Source of the DNA: Bdellovibrionota bacterium
GTDB lineage: Bacteria > Bdellovibrionota_C > UBA2361 > CALJRW01
Direction of reading: 5' to 3'
Assembly: GCA_041740355.1 (NCBI GenBank)
Contig: JBGSMD010000020.1
Coordinates: 1 to 64,000 of the forward strand
DNA: 64,000 bases
A program made the translations under genes and the position numbers. Every line of letters starts with the position of its first letter. The stretch's first letter is position 1. Shown here piece by piece: positions 38,489 to 48,991 of the stretch. The notes beneath the pieces are model-generated. The model saw nothing but the letters and a program-made list of their open reading frames with translations, was not told the DNA's origin and did not search any database.

Positions 38489-41081
38489 AGTTATGCCGAA
38501 CTACATTGCTAGGGTCTAATTTCTTTTCCAAACTACCTACAACATCCTGAGATGTAATTATCTCATTACCTTCGATAGTATAAAATTCTACTCGAATCAG
38601 GTTTCCATCGCGCTCTACGATTCGAGATCGCTTATCTTGAAGGATTTCTGCTTTGATTTCTGTTCGTTTCTCAACTAAAGTTTCTCCTTGCGAATAGGCA
38701 TAAACTTCAGAAATATGCTTATCATCAATTACTAGTTCTTTTTCTTCAAATTCCAAATCTCGCCCTGCACGGTTACCCAATGACGAGCTTGAGTTTAATC
38801 GGAACTTAGCCATGGCCTTCTTAATTGCTTGCTCAACTGCTTCTTTCATTCCTTTTTCTAAGCCTTCACGATAAGCCTTAGTTGCAGCCTCAGAAAGATC
38901 ATCAGTAAATTCCTTACTTGTCTTGCCTGCTTTATTAGCAATTTTTTCCATCGATTCTTTATATGCAGGATTGTGGGTTAGAGCTTCATCTAACTGACTA
39001 CGATAAGCTTTACCAAAATGCGCCGTTGCGTCAGGCACAAGCTCTTTTTTAATTACTTCTGTAGCTTCTTTGGTTAAGGCTTCAACGATTTCACCATCAG
39101 TTGTTCCATTATTGAAAGCTTTACTGGAAGCTTTAGACATTTTCTTAGCATCTTTAGCGCTGAACCCGGCGTCAATTAATTTCTGTTTCAGCTCTTTTCC
39201 ACCATGTTGGAGATCTTTAAATGTTGCTTCAGCACCTTCCGTCAGGTGCTTGCTTATACCTGATCGCTCTAAGATTTCCTTAGCATTTTGTTGTCCTAAC
39301 TCTCCTGCTCGGGTGGCAATTTTCGCAGTAATTTGCCCCGCAGTTTCTTTTGTTACCGCACCAGCGCCTTCTTTGATCACTAAATCAACCGTTTCCTTGC
39401 CTAAGATTTCGGCACTTTGCTGCGCGACTTCTTTCGCAATTGATTTCGCTCCATTTTTGAGGCCATGCTCTAAAGCTTTTTCAGCTATCTCTTTACCAAT
39501 CTCTTTAAATCCTTGTTTTGCTACTTGTTTTAAGGCTTCTTTAGCAATGGTTCCGACAGCGGCATTAGCAATCGTTCCAACACCAGCAGTCCCAACGGTA
39601 ACAAGTAATTTACCACCGCCCAATGCTAAATGCATTGTTGCTTGTGCTGCTTCTAAACCCGCTTCAAGATGACGACCTTGTCCAACAAGAATTAAAGCAT
39701 TACATCCATGCTTCAAACCATAATAAGCATCAGCAACACCTGTAATTTCAGCTGCACATTTTAAACCACCAATAAGTCCATCTTTGGCAATTCTCATGTT
39801 CTCCATATAGTTTTGATTGGCAACTGCAAAACCACCACCAGGACGAGCAACGTCATAAATATATTGATAAGGAGCTTTTGCTGTCGCCCAGACACCCTTG
39901 GCGAGATCAGTTAATCCGATGGATTCAGACATTCCTTTGAAAAATGTACCAGTAGCTTTTAAGCTTCCAATAGGATCAGTAACTACTGCATAGATTCCAT
40001 TACCAATTCCCTTAGCTACGTAAACTCCTGCATTTAAAAGCATGTCTCCTGCTTTTACCCAATTTCTAGGATCGCTCACTGCAACTATCGCCTTTCCCGT
40101 ATATTCTAAGGCTTTTTGACCTACAGCGACCCAATCGGTCTCAACTGCCAAGTTATAAGCTCCTTTAGCAAGTACACCTACTCCTTTAGCAACAGCTGCT
40201 GCACCTTCAACTATTTTTTCTCCAGCACTAATTATATTTTGTCCAACATCTTTTAAGTTATCCAATTTATTTGAACACCAATTTTTCGCTTCGTAATACT
40301 TTCGCTGAACCCAGTTCAATTCCTTAAATGCAGCTTCTCTTTGTGCGGTGTAACTTTTAATAAATTCATCTTGAATCTGCCTTATCATTTCCGGGGACGC
40401 ATTAGTTTTAGCAGCTGTTTGCTCTAAATAAGTCTTAAATTCTTCACTTGTAATTACTCGATTCGGATCATCTTTAAAGTGAGTTTTGGCAATACTGTTT
40501 GCCATAGAACGCACTTCTTGAATTGTCTTTTCGTCCTGCTTTTTTTGAATGGTTTGTTCATTTTCTACTTGGATATTTTGAACTTCTGCGGCACGAATTG
40601 CCTCCCGTCTAGCAGCTTCTCTCTCGAGCTCTTTTTGCGCTTCTTCTCGCTCTCTAGCTTGTTGTAAAGCCACCTCTTGCAGCTCGGCAGCCTTATTACC
40701 AGAGGTGCTATCAATAACTAAATCTCCAGAACGAACTTTTCCCTCTAATTGCTTGGCAAGTTCTCGTTCCTGATTAATCACTGAAGCTTGACTGACACTT
40801 AATCCACTTGGGGCTTCGGGAGTCGCCTCGGGCAGAGCACGCTCTGCAGCAACTAGCTGATCAACTGTTTTTATAGCGCTGGTAAATGTTTCCTCTTCCA
40901 GATCAAAGTCACCTTTTTTCTTCTTATTTCGCAAATCTCCAAACGGATTAATATCTTTGGCAAATTCATTTCTTGCTTGATGATTAAGTGAGCCGGTACT
41001 GAGTGGTGTGGAGGATGGAGCTGTTGAAGGTTCAGTCGAATTTGTAACTGCTGTGTCTTGTTGAAGTTCTAATTTTGGCAT
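38454..41081 (-). CDS. Large orphan protein: coiled coil plus Gly/Ala-rich amphipathic region (translocator or pore-former-like)
   Basis: S/T/P-rich N-terminus, EAARREA coiled coil, long G/A/V-rich segment and K/E/A helical tail. Confidence 0.55.
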   Translation of the reverse strand: MPKLELQQDTAVTNSTEPSTAPSSTPLSTGSLNHQARNEFAKDINPFGDLRNKKKKGDFDLEEETFTSAIKTVDQLVAAERALPEATPEAPSGLSVSQASVINQERELAKQLEGKVRSGDLVIDSTSGNKAAELQEVALQQAREREEAQKELEREAARREAIRAAEVQNIQVENEQTIQKKQDEKTIQEVRSMANSIAKTHFKDDPNRVITSEEFKTYLEQTAAKTNASPEMIRQIQDEFIKSYTAQREAAFKELNWVQRKYYEAKNWCSNKLDNLKDVGQNIISAGEKIVEGAAAVAKGVGVLAKGAYNLAVETDWVAVGQKALEYTGKAIVAVSDPRNWVKAGDMLLNAGVYVAKGIGNGIYAVVTDPIGSLKATGTFFKGMSESIGLTDLAKGVWATAKAPYQYIYDVARPGGGFAVANQNYMENMRIAKDGLIGGLKCAAEITGVADAYYGLKHGCNALILVGQGRHLEAGLEAAQATMHLALGGGKLLVTVGTAGVGTIANAAVGTIAKEALKQVAKQGFKEIGKEIAEKALEHGLKNGAKSIAKEVAQQSAEILGKETVDLVIKEGAGAVTKETAGQITAKIATRAGELGQQNAKEILERSGISKHLTEGAEATFKDLQHGGKELKQKLIDAGFSAKDAKKMSKASSKAFNNGTTDGEIVEALTKEATEVIKKELVPDATAHFGKAYRSQLDEALTHNPAYKESMEKIANKAGKTSKEFTDDLSEAATKAYREGLEKGMKEAVEQAIKKAMAKFRLNSSSSLGNRAGRDLEFEEKELVIDDKHISEVYAYSQGETLVEKRTEIKAEILQDKRSRIVERDGNLIRVEFYTIEGNEIITSQDVVGSLEKKLDPSNVVRHNFRQQADEQKVA

Positions 41082-41361
41082 AGCTCGATTTATAGATGAA
41101 AATCCTATTTTCTAATCTGTCCTAGGTCTTATTTTGCTTCTGTTTCTAAAAGCTACAAATAATAAATAATAAATTCAACAATATTAAGCATTTAGCCATA
41201 TCGATTGATTATGCAAGGTTAATATGATGACATATCATTAGCTGCTAACTTAGCACCCAAATTACAGCATTGCTTTAAATCATCTCCGCTTCTAAGAATT
41301 TGCTAAATTAAAAATCCTTCTATATAATTCCCTCTCTAATTTTTTAAAGAATAAATTAAAA

Positions 41362-41451
41362 ATGGGCAGTGTAATTAAAAAACGTCGTAAGAAAATGCGT
41401 AAACATAAGCATAAAAAGCTTTTAGCTAAAACACGAAATAGTCGTAAGTAA
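41362..41451 (+). CDS. Small basic protein of the bS22/mS38 (AURKAIP1/COX24) family, 29 aa
   Basis: Translates [29 protein letters not shown], close to actinobacterial bS22 ([21 protein letters not shown]); not in the ORF track. Confidence 0.9.
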   Translation: [29 protein letters not shown]

Positions 41452-41654
41452 CTAAAATTATTACAGGCGTTCACTTTTGTTAAGATAAAATCTCCTTGGT
41501 ATTTTGACCATCGACAAGCTAAATTATAAAAGTGAGCGCTTGGCATATCTTTATCAATTTGCTCCACAAATTACTTCTTTAATCTGATACTGGGTCCTGA
41601 TGGTCATTCATCTTGGTACTAGCAAAAGGCTACATATTATAGACAAATAGGACT

Positions 41655-43844
41655 ATGCTTCTATCTAAGATCAGTCCTGTCTTGTTTTCGATTGCTATTC
41701 TTCTTGGTCTGACAGCTTGTTGTTTTAGTACAATCCACTTTTGGCAGCCCGACGGAGTAATCTTAGTTGGTGGCGCCAAAGAAAAAGCAATCCCATTTAT
41801 CGTTATCATTCTGGCTGCAATTCTTGCTGCTAAATTTCAAATTAAAAACCTAAAACTTATTCCCGAAGTATTTATCTTTGGATTAGTTCTAATCTTCTGT
41901 TCTGACTGGTTATATAATCCTTATGGATTAATGCCGGCTCCAAGCTCTCGGGGAGTAATTCTTTTATTCTCGTTAATTGCCGGATTTTGTCTTGCAATCA
42001 AAGCCAAAATTAATTGGTCATTAGTTGCGATTTCTTGCCTTAGCCTGTTAATCATAAATTTTCTAAATGAGGCCAATGGGCGAATTATTACTTCAGACGA
42101 TCACGCGACCTTCCTGCATCGCTTAATGCAACTACGCGAAAACTTATGGAACATTCCACTTTATGATCCATATTGGAACGCTGGTTATGATCAAAGGTAC
42201 TTTTTTGCTACCGGAGCAATTGGTTACTTCTTAATTTCACTTCCACTAACACTTTTTTTTCACCCAACTGAAGTTTATAACTTTTGCTTTATTTTAGCTG
42301 CGCTTGTACTGCCATTTTTTTCAACATACTTGGCAGCGCGCCTCCTAAAATTTTCAGTTAACGCTTCTTGGATTGCCAGCCTCTTAGTACTTGCTCCAAG
42401 TGCCGAGTGGTATCGCTGGACTTTTCAAACAGGAACGATGGGTTTTGTTGTAGCAACAGGACTGATTCCCCTGAACATCGCTCTTAGTATTAAAATACTA
42501 AATACGGAGGAAAAATTTCCTTTGATTTATGCGCTAACATTAATTTTTACATTCACCACGATGATCTTTTGGAGTATGTCGGGTTTAGTATTTATTCCTT
42601 TTATTATTCTTGCACTTTTTAAAATATTTACCGCTAAATTACTTAAGAAAAACTATATTAGCTTTGTCTTAGCAAGCTTATTAATTATTAACTTACCTTG
42701 GATTGTTACTTTCTTATCAGTATCCAAAGTTGGAAGTTTTTTAAAATCAGAACAACAAATCACCCCGGCAACTACCAATGCCGAGGGTCTTACTGCGACA
42801 GCTGACCAACGCTATAAGCACAAAGCTGGTAGTTTCGAATTTCGCAAATCTTTAATTTTGCTTCGAGAATTTACCTCTAATGCTAATCCTCTAATTCTTT
42901 TTATGGCATTACCAGGAGTATTACTTCTTGCAAAACCATATCGCTGGAAACTAATGACTGTCCTTATTTGGTTAATAGGAACTGCTGTTATCTTATTTCA
43001 AATAAAGCCTCAACTGGAGTTAGATCGTTTCCTCGTAATTGCTTCAGTTTTAGCTTGCTTACCTTGTGCTCTGGCAATTGAAAAAATATTGACTATTAAT
43101 CACGAACTACCCGCTCCAAGGATATTTGGAATAATCAATTCTGCGTTTATTGCGGGATTTTTAGTAGCCGCACCAATTTCTGCTAATGCCTTTATTAATC
43201 ATCAATCGCTGATCAACTATAATTTCCAAGGAAACCTAACTCAGCAGCTAATTGCCAATTTAGAACAATACCAAGGAAAAGGCCGGGCCTTATTCTCTGG
43301 AATGGTCATGCATGAAATAGATGGTGGGCACTTAGCCGCGATTCCCGAGCTTGCCGGCACGCCTACTATTGCTTCCACCTTTTTACATAATGTTTGGAAC
43401 TACAAGCAAGTATTCCCTGAGGAAGTCCTAACCAATAAGGATCTTTTTATTCCGGAGTACTTAAACTTAAATAATGTCGTCGTTGTCCTAGCACACGAAC
43501 CAAGTTGGATTAACTATTTTCAAAATCATCCAGAGTTATATCAATATAAAAAACAAATCGGCCGTTTCTTTCTTTTTGATTTCCTAGGAGCAACACACAC
43601 TTATTTTCAAGAAGGTAGTGGTCAAATCATTCAGCAGACTAATCACAATATTAAATTTAAGCTAGATCAACCTAAGGCGACAATTCGCTTTCGATATTTC
43701 CCATTCCTAGAAACCAATTCAAGCTGTAAGTTATCACCAAAAATTATGCTTGCTGGGCTTAGTTTGATAGAATTAAGTGACTGTCCAATCAATCAAGAAA
43801 TTATTATTAAATCAAAACCAGCGTGGCAAAGAATTTCATTTTAA
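41655..43844 (+). CDS. Polytopic membrane protein, GT-C glycosyltransferase-like
   Basis: Many TM helices; acidic TSDDH loop followed by YDPYWNAG; periplasmic C-terminal domain. Confidence 0.6.
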   Translation: MLLSKISPVLFSIAILLGLTACCFSTIHFWQPDGVILVGGAKEKAIPFIVIILAAILAAKFQIKNLKLIPEVFIFGLVLIFCSDWLYNPYGLMPAPSSRGVILLFSLIAGFCLAIKAKINWSLVAISCLSLLIINFLNEANGRIITSDDHATFLHRLMQLRENLWNIPLYDPYWNAGYDQRYFFATGAIGYFLISLPLTLFFHPTEVYNFCFILAALVLPFFSTYLAARLLKFSVNASWIASLLVLAPSAEWYRWTFQTGTMGFVVATGLIPLNIALSIKILNTEEKFPLIYALTLIFTFTTMIFWSMSGLVFIPFIILALFKIFTAKLLKKNYISFVLASLLIINLPWIVTFLSVSKVGSFLKSEQQITPATTNAEGLTATADQRYKHKAGSFEFRKSLILLREFTSNANPLILFMALPGVLLLAKPYRWKLMTVLIWLIGTAVILFQIKPQLELDRFLVIASVLACLPCALAIEKILTINHELPAPRIFGIINSAFIAGFLVAAPISANAFINHQSLINYNFQGNLTQQLIANLEQYQGKGRALFSGMVMHEIDGGHLAAIPELAGTPTIASTFLHNVWNYKQVFPEEVLTNKDLFIPEYLNLNNVVVVLAHEPSWINYFQNHPELYQYKKQIGRFFLFDFLGATHTYFQEGSGQIIQQTNHNIKFKLDQPKATIRFRYFPFLETNSSCKLSPKIMLAGLSLIELSDCPINQEIIIKSKPAWQRISF

Positions 43845-45544
43845 TTTTTATAAATATCCTAGCGATTGCCATTTTATTTTGGTGCGTGATCTTTGCATCA
43901 GAAGTGCAGATTCTTAATCCCTACCTGTTAGTTCAAGAAACATGGGGAGAGAATCACCAAATCATTAATTTGCTCTACAACTCATTTCACAGTTGGAGCT
44001 TTGATCCGCTTCTTAGCCAACTATTACTGCATTATCAAACACCGGCTATTATTATCCCTTACTCCTTATTTTTCTTCTTACTTGGCTGGTTTCTTTTATT
44101 AAGAAAACAACTTGAAATAACTGGTACTTTTCTGCAAGCAAACTTAAAAAGCTTATTTATTACTTTTGGGATTCTGGCGACACTTGGAGTAATTTTTCAA
44201 CTCGATTTAGTCTTACTGACAAGCCTTACTTGGCTTCCGTTTTTTATTTTAGCTACACAAAATTTCCTAGAGAAAAAATTTACAAGTCTGATTTATTTAA
44301 TACCTGCTAGCTTGCTATTGATCTTAAGTAGTAATCAGTTAAGTATTCTGTATCTAATCATAATTCTTAGTTGTATCTTGCTTCAAGAACAAAAAAAAAC
44401 AACCTCGCTAACTAGAGTAAGCTATCAAAAATTAGTTTTCTTTTTCATATTACTTTGCAGCTGCAGCTACATTCTGTTCTTTCCAAAAACGACATTCTTT
44501 GACTATCTAGTAAATCAACGAGTCCTAACCAAAGATTTTTTGCCAGTTTTGCCGCAGCCATTATTTGGCCCAAGTAGCCCGATAAAATTTCTGGAACTTG
44601 ATAATATTACCAATCAATTAGCTGGTGTGGCGCCCTGCTTATTAATTATCTCAATCTCTTTCCTTTGGATTTTCAAAAAGAATTTAACAGTTTGGCTAGT
44701 AATTTTTTTAAACACCCTGATTTTATTAGATCTGAATACTAGCTATCAATTTAAACATATTTTACCCTTAGAAGCACTAAGTAGGCTAATACCCCATTGG
44801 AGTTTTTTTGCCTTACCAATTTTCTTAACAGCACTAAGTATTAGCGCAGTTATTTACGTTTTAATTACCAATAAAAAATCAGTTTTAATTTTACCATTCT
44901 TATCGCTACTAGTGGGTAGTCATCAATTATTTAATCAAACTGAACCAAATAAATTACAAAACATTCGTTCTTTAAATGAATTAATTCGGGAAGCCGATTT
45001 AAAACACTTAAACTCCCCCTCGGCACAAATTATTCTTGCAAATCAATCAGAGAATTTTCACAAATTGTTCAAGCTCCAAAAAAAGCATTTTCGTCCCATT
45101 AAGAAGCTTCACCCAATTATCACTACAAGCAATAACCTAGAAGATACTAAGCTCCTAGCAGACAAAGATCCGACAAGTCATTGGGGTACAAAATTAACAA
45201 AACAACTGGGGGATGAATGGGTAAAACTCACATTTTCTAAACCTGTGGCGATTGAAGGGATTAGCCTTGATTCTGGCTACCGACACACAGATTTTCCAAG
45301 AGGATTAAGAATTAGTTCAAGTGCAGATTGCTCTCAAAATTTGACTGCTAGCCAAACTTTTTTTATGAAAAACCCTTGGAATGGTAGCATAGCCTTTACT
45401 AAACTAGGCTATCCTTATTATACTCACGAAAGTATGGTCAAAGTTTTCTTTCCAAGACAAACTGTAGCATGTCTCAAGATTGAACAAATTGGTGAAAATC
45501 AAAATTTTGATTGGGCAATAAACGAAATTAAATACTTAAAGTAA
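43823..45544 (+). CDS. Polytopic membrane protein with C-terminal discoidin (F5/8 type C)-like domain
   Basis: TM-rich N-terminal part; LADKDPTSHW...QLGDEWVKLTF...DFPRG...WAINEI pattern; GTG start. Confidence 0.6.
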   Translation: MAKNFILIFINILAIAILFWCVIFASEVQILNPYLLVQETWGENHQIINLLYNSFHSWSFDPLLSQLLLHYQTPAIIIPYSLFFFLLGWFLLLRKQLEITGTFLQANLKSLFITFGILATLGVIFQLDLVLLTSLTWLPFFILATQNFLEKKFTSLIYLIPASLLLILSSNQLSILYLIIILSCILLQEQKKTTSLTRVSYQKLVFFFILLCSCSYILFFPKTTFFDYLVNQRVLTKDFLPVLPQPLFGPSSPIKFLELDNITNQLAGVAPCLLIISISFLWIFKKNLTVWLVIFLNTLILLDLNTSYQFKHILPLEALSRLIPHWSFFALPIFLTALSISAVIYVLITNKKSVLILPFLSLLVGSHQLFNQTEPNKLQNIRSLNELIREADLKHLNSPSAQIILANQSENFHKLFKLQKKHFRPIKKLHPIITTSNNLEDTKLLADKDPTSHWGTKLTKQLGDEWVKLTFSKPVAIEGISLDSGYRHTDFPRGLRISSSADCSQNLTASQTFFMKNPWNGSIAFTKLGYPYYTHESMVKVFFPRQTVACLKIEQIGENQNFDWAINEIKYLK

Positions 45545-47256
45545 TGGCTAAAGCGATTGGTAAAATTAGTTTTTTAAAACCTAACAAATATCAAGCTTTT
45601 ACCGCTGTCCCCCTTGCCGATCGCACTTGGCCAAATAAACAGATCACTAAGGCGCCCATTTGGTGTAGTGTTGATTTGCGAGATGGAAATCAGGCTTTAA
45701 TTAATCCACTTAGTCCTGATCAAAAACTAGAACTATTTGCAACACTTTGCTCGCTTGGGTTTAAAGAAATTGAAATCGGTTTCCCCTCTGCCTCGCAAGT
45801 TGAATATGACTTTACTAGAGCAATAGTCGAAAACGATTTAATTCCAGCTGATGTGACCCCTCAAGTTCTTTGCCAAGCGCGAGAGCCGTTAATACGAAAA
45901 ACTTTTGAAGCTCTAGTGGGCTACAAAAAAGTAATTTTTCATCTTTATAACTCGACCTCAACTTTACAACGCCGAGTTGTCTTCAATAAAAGCCAGGCTG
46001 AAATTACTGAGATTGCTACTTCTGCTGTTACACTAATTAAAGAACTTGCCGCTAAACAGAATACGGAAGTCATTCTGCAATACTCTCCGGAAAGCTTTAC
46101 TGGTACGGAGTTGGAATTTTCTAAAGAGATTTGTGAAGCAGTGATGCTTAGTTGGGGTGCTTCTCCGACTAAGAGAATGATCTTAAATTTACCATCAACA
46201 GTTGAACTACACACTCCTAATATCCATGCTGACCAGATTGAATGGTTTACACGCAATGTTAAGAATAGAGACTCATATATATTAAGTTTACATACTCATA
46301 ATGATCGTGGCACAGGTATTGCCTCAACGGAATTGGGATTACTTGCTGGAGCAGATCGGGTAGAAGGAACGCTCTTTGGAAATGGTGAACGGACTGGCAA
46401 TGTTGATCTAGTAACCTTAGCACTGAATCTTTTCACGCAAGGGATCGACCCAGAGTTAGATTTTAGTCAAATTGGAAAAGTTAGATCAATTGCCGAACGC
46501 CTGACAAACTTACCTGTTCACGAGCGCCATCCTTATGCTGGGGATCTCGTCTTTACAGCTTTTTCTGGATCTCACCAGGATGCCATAAAAAAAGGCCTGG
46601 ATCTAATGAAAAATAATACCCCCGAAACTAATGCCCTTTGGGAAGTTCCCTACTTACCGATTGATCCTAATGATATCGGTCGAAGTTACGAAGCAATAAT
46701 TCGCATTAATAGCCAATCAGGCAAAGGTGGTATTGCTTTTATTCTGGAAAATGAATTTGCCTATCGTTTACCAAAACCAATGCACCCTGAAGTAAGCCAA
46801 GTGATTCAACTAATTTCAGATTCAACTGGCAAAGAAATTTCTTCCTTGCAAATTAAGGAAGAGTTTTTAGATAAATTTTTAAATCTAAAATCTCCTATTA
46901 AATTTTTAAATTTTAGTCACAATCCTTGTCCCGAAAACCCAGAAACTGTCGATTGTTGTCTAACAGCGGAAATACATGGAGTGGAAAAAATAATTTATGG
47001 CAACGGCAATGGTCCAATCAATGCCTGTAAACATGCTCTGGCAAAATTATTACCCTGCAATTTATCATTGACTGATTTTAGTCAGCATGCCCTATCCTCT
47101 GGCAGCAGTTCCGAAGCTATCTCCTACATTCAAATTAAAGATTTGAATCATGATTTTTCCTGCTATGGAATTGGAATTGATTCCAATACTGATAAGGCTT
47201 CAATTAAAGCTTTAATTAGCGCACTTAACAGAGCTTTGGTAAAACATGCAAATTAA
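45544..47256 (+). CDS. leuA: 2-isopropylmalate synthase (yeast/actinobacterial type)
   Basis: WCSVDLRDGNQAL, HTHNDRG, GNGERTGN and SGSHQDAI motifs. Confidence 0.95.
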   Translation: MAKAIGKISFLKPNKYQAFTAVPLADRTWPNKQITKAPIWCSVDLRDGNQALINPLSPDQKLELFATLCSLGFKEIEIGFPSASQVEYDFTRAIVENDLIPADVTPQVLCQAREPLIRKTFEALVGYKKVIFHLYNSTSTLQRRVVFNKSQAEITEIATSAVTLIKELAAKQNTEVILQYSPESFTGTELEFSKEICEAVMLSWGASPTKRMILNLPSTVELHTPNIHADQIEWFTRNVKNRDSYILSLHTHNDRGTGIASTELGLLAGADRVEGTLFGNGERTGNVDLVTLALNLFTQGIDPELDFSQIGKVRSIAERLTNLPVHERHPYAGDLVFTAFSGSHQDAIKKGLDLMKNNTPETNALWEVPYLPIDPNDIGRSYEAIIRINSQSGKGGIAFILENEFAYRLPKPMHPEVSQVIQLISDSTGKEISSLQIKEEFLDKFLNLKSPIKFLNFSHNPCPENPETVDCCLTAEIHGVEKIIYGNGNGPINACKHALAKLLPCNLSLTDFSQHALSSGSSSEAISYIQIKDLNHDFSCYGIGIDSNTDKASIKALISALNRALVKHAN

Positions 47257-47977
47257 ATCAGTTGGTATTATTGGTTTTGGCGCGATGGGTCAGCTGATAG
47301 CTGAGCAGGCTAAGAACTTTATTGAAAAAACACATATCAAAATTGTTGAGGCCAACACCTTACCATCTAGTTTTGAATATCAAAAAATTTCCTTTGAAGA
47401 ACTAAAAACTTGCGATTTGATTATTCCGGCTGTTTCAGCAAAGAGCCTTAAAGACGTTATTATTAAATTGGAAGAATTAAATTTAAATGGTAATCAAATC
47501 GTCTGTTCAATCGCAGCCACAATGTCTTACGCTGAAAAAATTCTGCGTGCGCATTTAACTTCGGCGCAAATTGTTTTAACGCATCCACTTTTTGGACCAG
47601 CTAGCTTAAAAGAAAATGAAAATTCTCTAAAAAACTTAGAAGTTGTTTTATGTTTAAATTATTGTCGTTCCGCAAATAAATCTTTAATTAAAGATTTCCT
47701 CATCAAACTAGGGCTTATTGCCCAAGAGATTAACTGCAAAGAACATGATCAAATAATGGCAAAGAATCATTTAATTCCATTTTTACTTAGTCACCTGTTA
47801 AAAGACTACGATTTTATTAAGTCAGACTTTCGTACAAAGTCTTTTAATCAATTATTAAAATTTCTAGATCACACATCATACAATCCTGGAGTGCTGGAAG
47901 AAATGATTACCTATAATCCTTATGCTCAAGAGGAGCTTAATAATTTTAAGACCTTATTTAGTAAGTACATTAAATAG
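47246..47977 (+). CDS. tyrA: Prephenate dehydrogenase-like protein
   Basis: IIGFGAMG Rossmann motif, THPLFGP and EHDQIMA. Confidence 0.8.
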   Translation: MQIKSVGIIGFGAMGQLIAEQAKNFIEKTHIKIVEANTLPSSFEYQKISFEELKTCDLIIPAVSAKSLKDVIIKLEELNLNGNQIVCSIAATMSYAEKILRAHLTSAQIVLTHPLFGPASLKENENSLKNLEVVLCLNYCRSANKSLIKDFLIKLGLIAQEINCKEHDQIMAKNHLIPFLLSHLLKDYDFIKSDFRTKSFNQLLKFLDHTSYNPGVLEEMITYNPYAQEELNNFKTLFSKYIK

Positions 47978-48169
47978 TTGCAGTCCTAGCACGCATAATT
48001 CATCAGCGGAAGTAACTGAAATAGAATTCCATCCACATTCCGATAACTTACGTCGGATTTGGAAGTTCTTAAAAATTACAATGCGTCTTCGGTAGAGCAC
48101 TACTACGGTATCGTAGTAGCTATTCTAAATTACTTTAAACTCCTAGTAATTTGTACTAATCTGTTATCC

Positions 48170-48991
48170 ATGATGAAACATATTTTTTTTCTTGGACCAG
48201 TAGGAACCTTTAGTTCACAAGTTGCTTTAAAATTATTTAATCCCAAAGAAGAACATTTAATTTCCTGTGCTAGTTTTGATGAGGTGGTGGAACAACTGAC
48301 CGATGATCATCACTTAGGAATCTTACCAATAGAAAATTCAATTAGTAACAATGTTCATCAGGTAATTGATCTGATTATTAAGAATCAATTATCGATCGTG
48401 GAAGAAGCATATCTTGCTGTAAATTTTAATCTTGTTGGTTTAGCTAAGAGCAATATCGATCTTATTAAAACTGTGATTGCTCACCCGATGGCAGCTGTGC
48501 AATGTGAGAATATTATCAAGTCCTTAGGACTTAAAGTACTTAACTCCAAGAGTAATATTCACTCCCAAGAGTTATTACTTACTAAAAACGATCCTAGTTT
48601 TGCAGCCCTAACTAACGAATTAATTGTAGACTCTGATAACCTAGAAATATTCCAATCTAATGTTGCTGATTACCAACATAATTATACGCGTTTTGTTGTA
48701 GTTCGAAGATCTCCCGTGAACTTATTACATGATGCTTCCAAGATCTCGCTTTTATTCAAAACTCCCCATCAACCGGGAAGTTTAGCCAAAATTCTTGGTA
48801 AATTAGCAGCACATCATCTAAATTTAACTAAAATTGAATCTCGGCCGATACCTGGTACAGACTGGGAATATCTTTTTTGGCTTGATCTTGAAAAAAACGA
48901 GTATAAAGTGAATAATCTGGTCCATCTTTTAGAAAATGAGGTCACTTACTTAAATATAATTGGCCTGTATCCAACTGGAAAAATATATTAA
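48170..48991 (+). CDS. pheA: Prephenate dehydratase with ACT domain
   Basis: [19 protein letters not shown] and NLTKIESRP motifs; start moved to ATG 48170. Confidence 0.9.
   Translation: MMKHIFFLGPVGTFSSQVALKLFNPKEEHLISCASFDEVVEQLTDDHHLGILPIENSISNNVHQVIDLIIKNQLSIVEEAYLAVNFNLVGLAKSNIDLIKTVIAHPMAAVQCENIIKSLGLKVLNSKSNIHSQELLLTKNDPSFAALTNELIVDSDNLEIFQSNVADYQHNYTRFVVVRRSPVNLLHDASKISLLFKTPHQPGSLAKILGKLAAHHLNLTKIESRPIPGTDWEYLFWLDLEKNEYKVNNLVHLLENEVTYLNIIGLYPTGKIY

Noticed and set aside
39070-39672. 200-aa antisense ORF and the other short ORFs nested in long genes
   Set aside because: They lie inside well-supported genes and show shadow-frame composition.
41292-41567. 91-aa minus-strand ORF
   Set aside because: Antisense shadow of the real bS22-like gene at 41362-41451.
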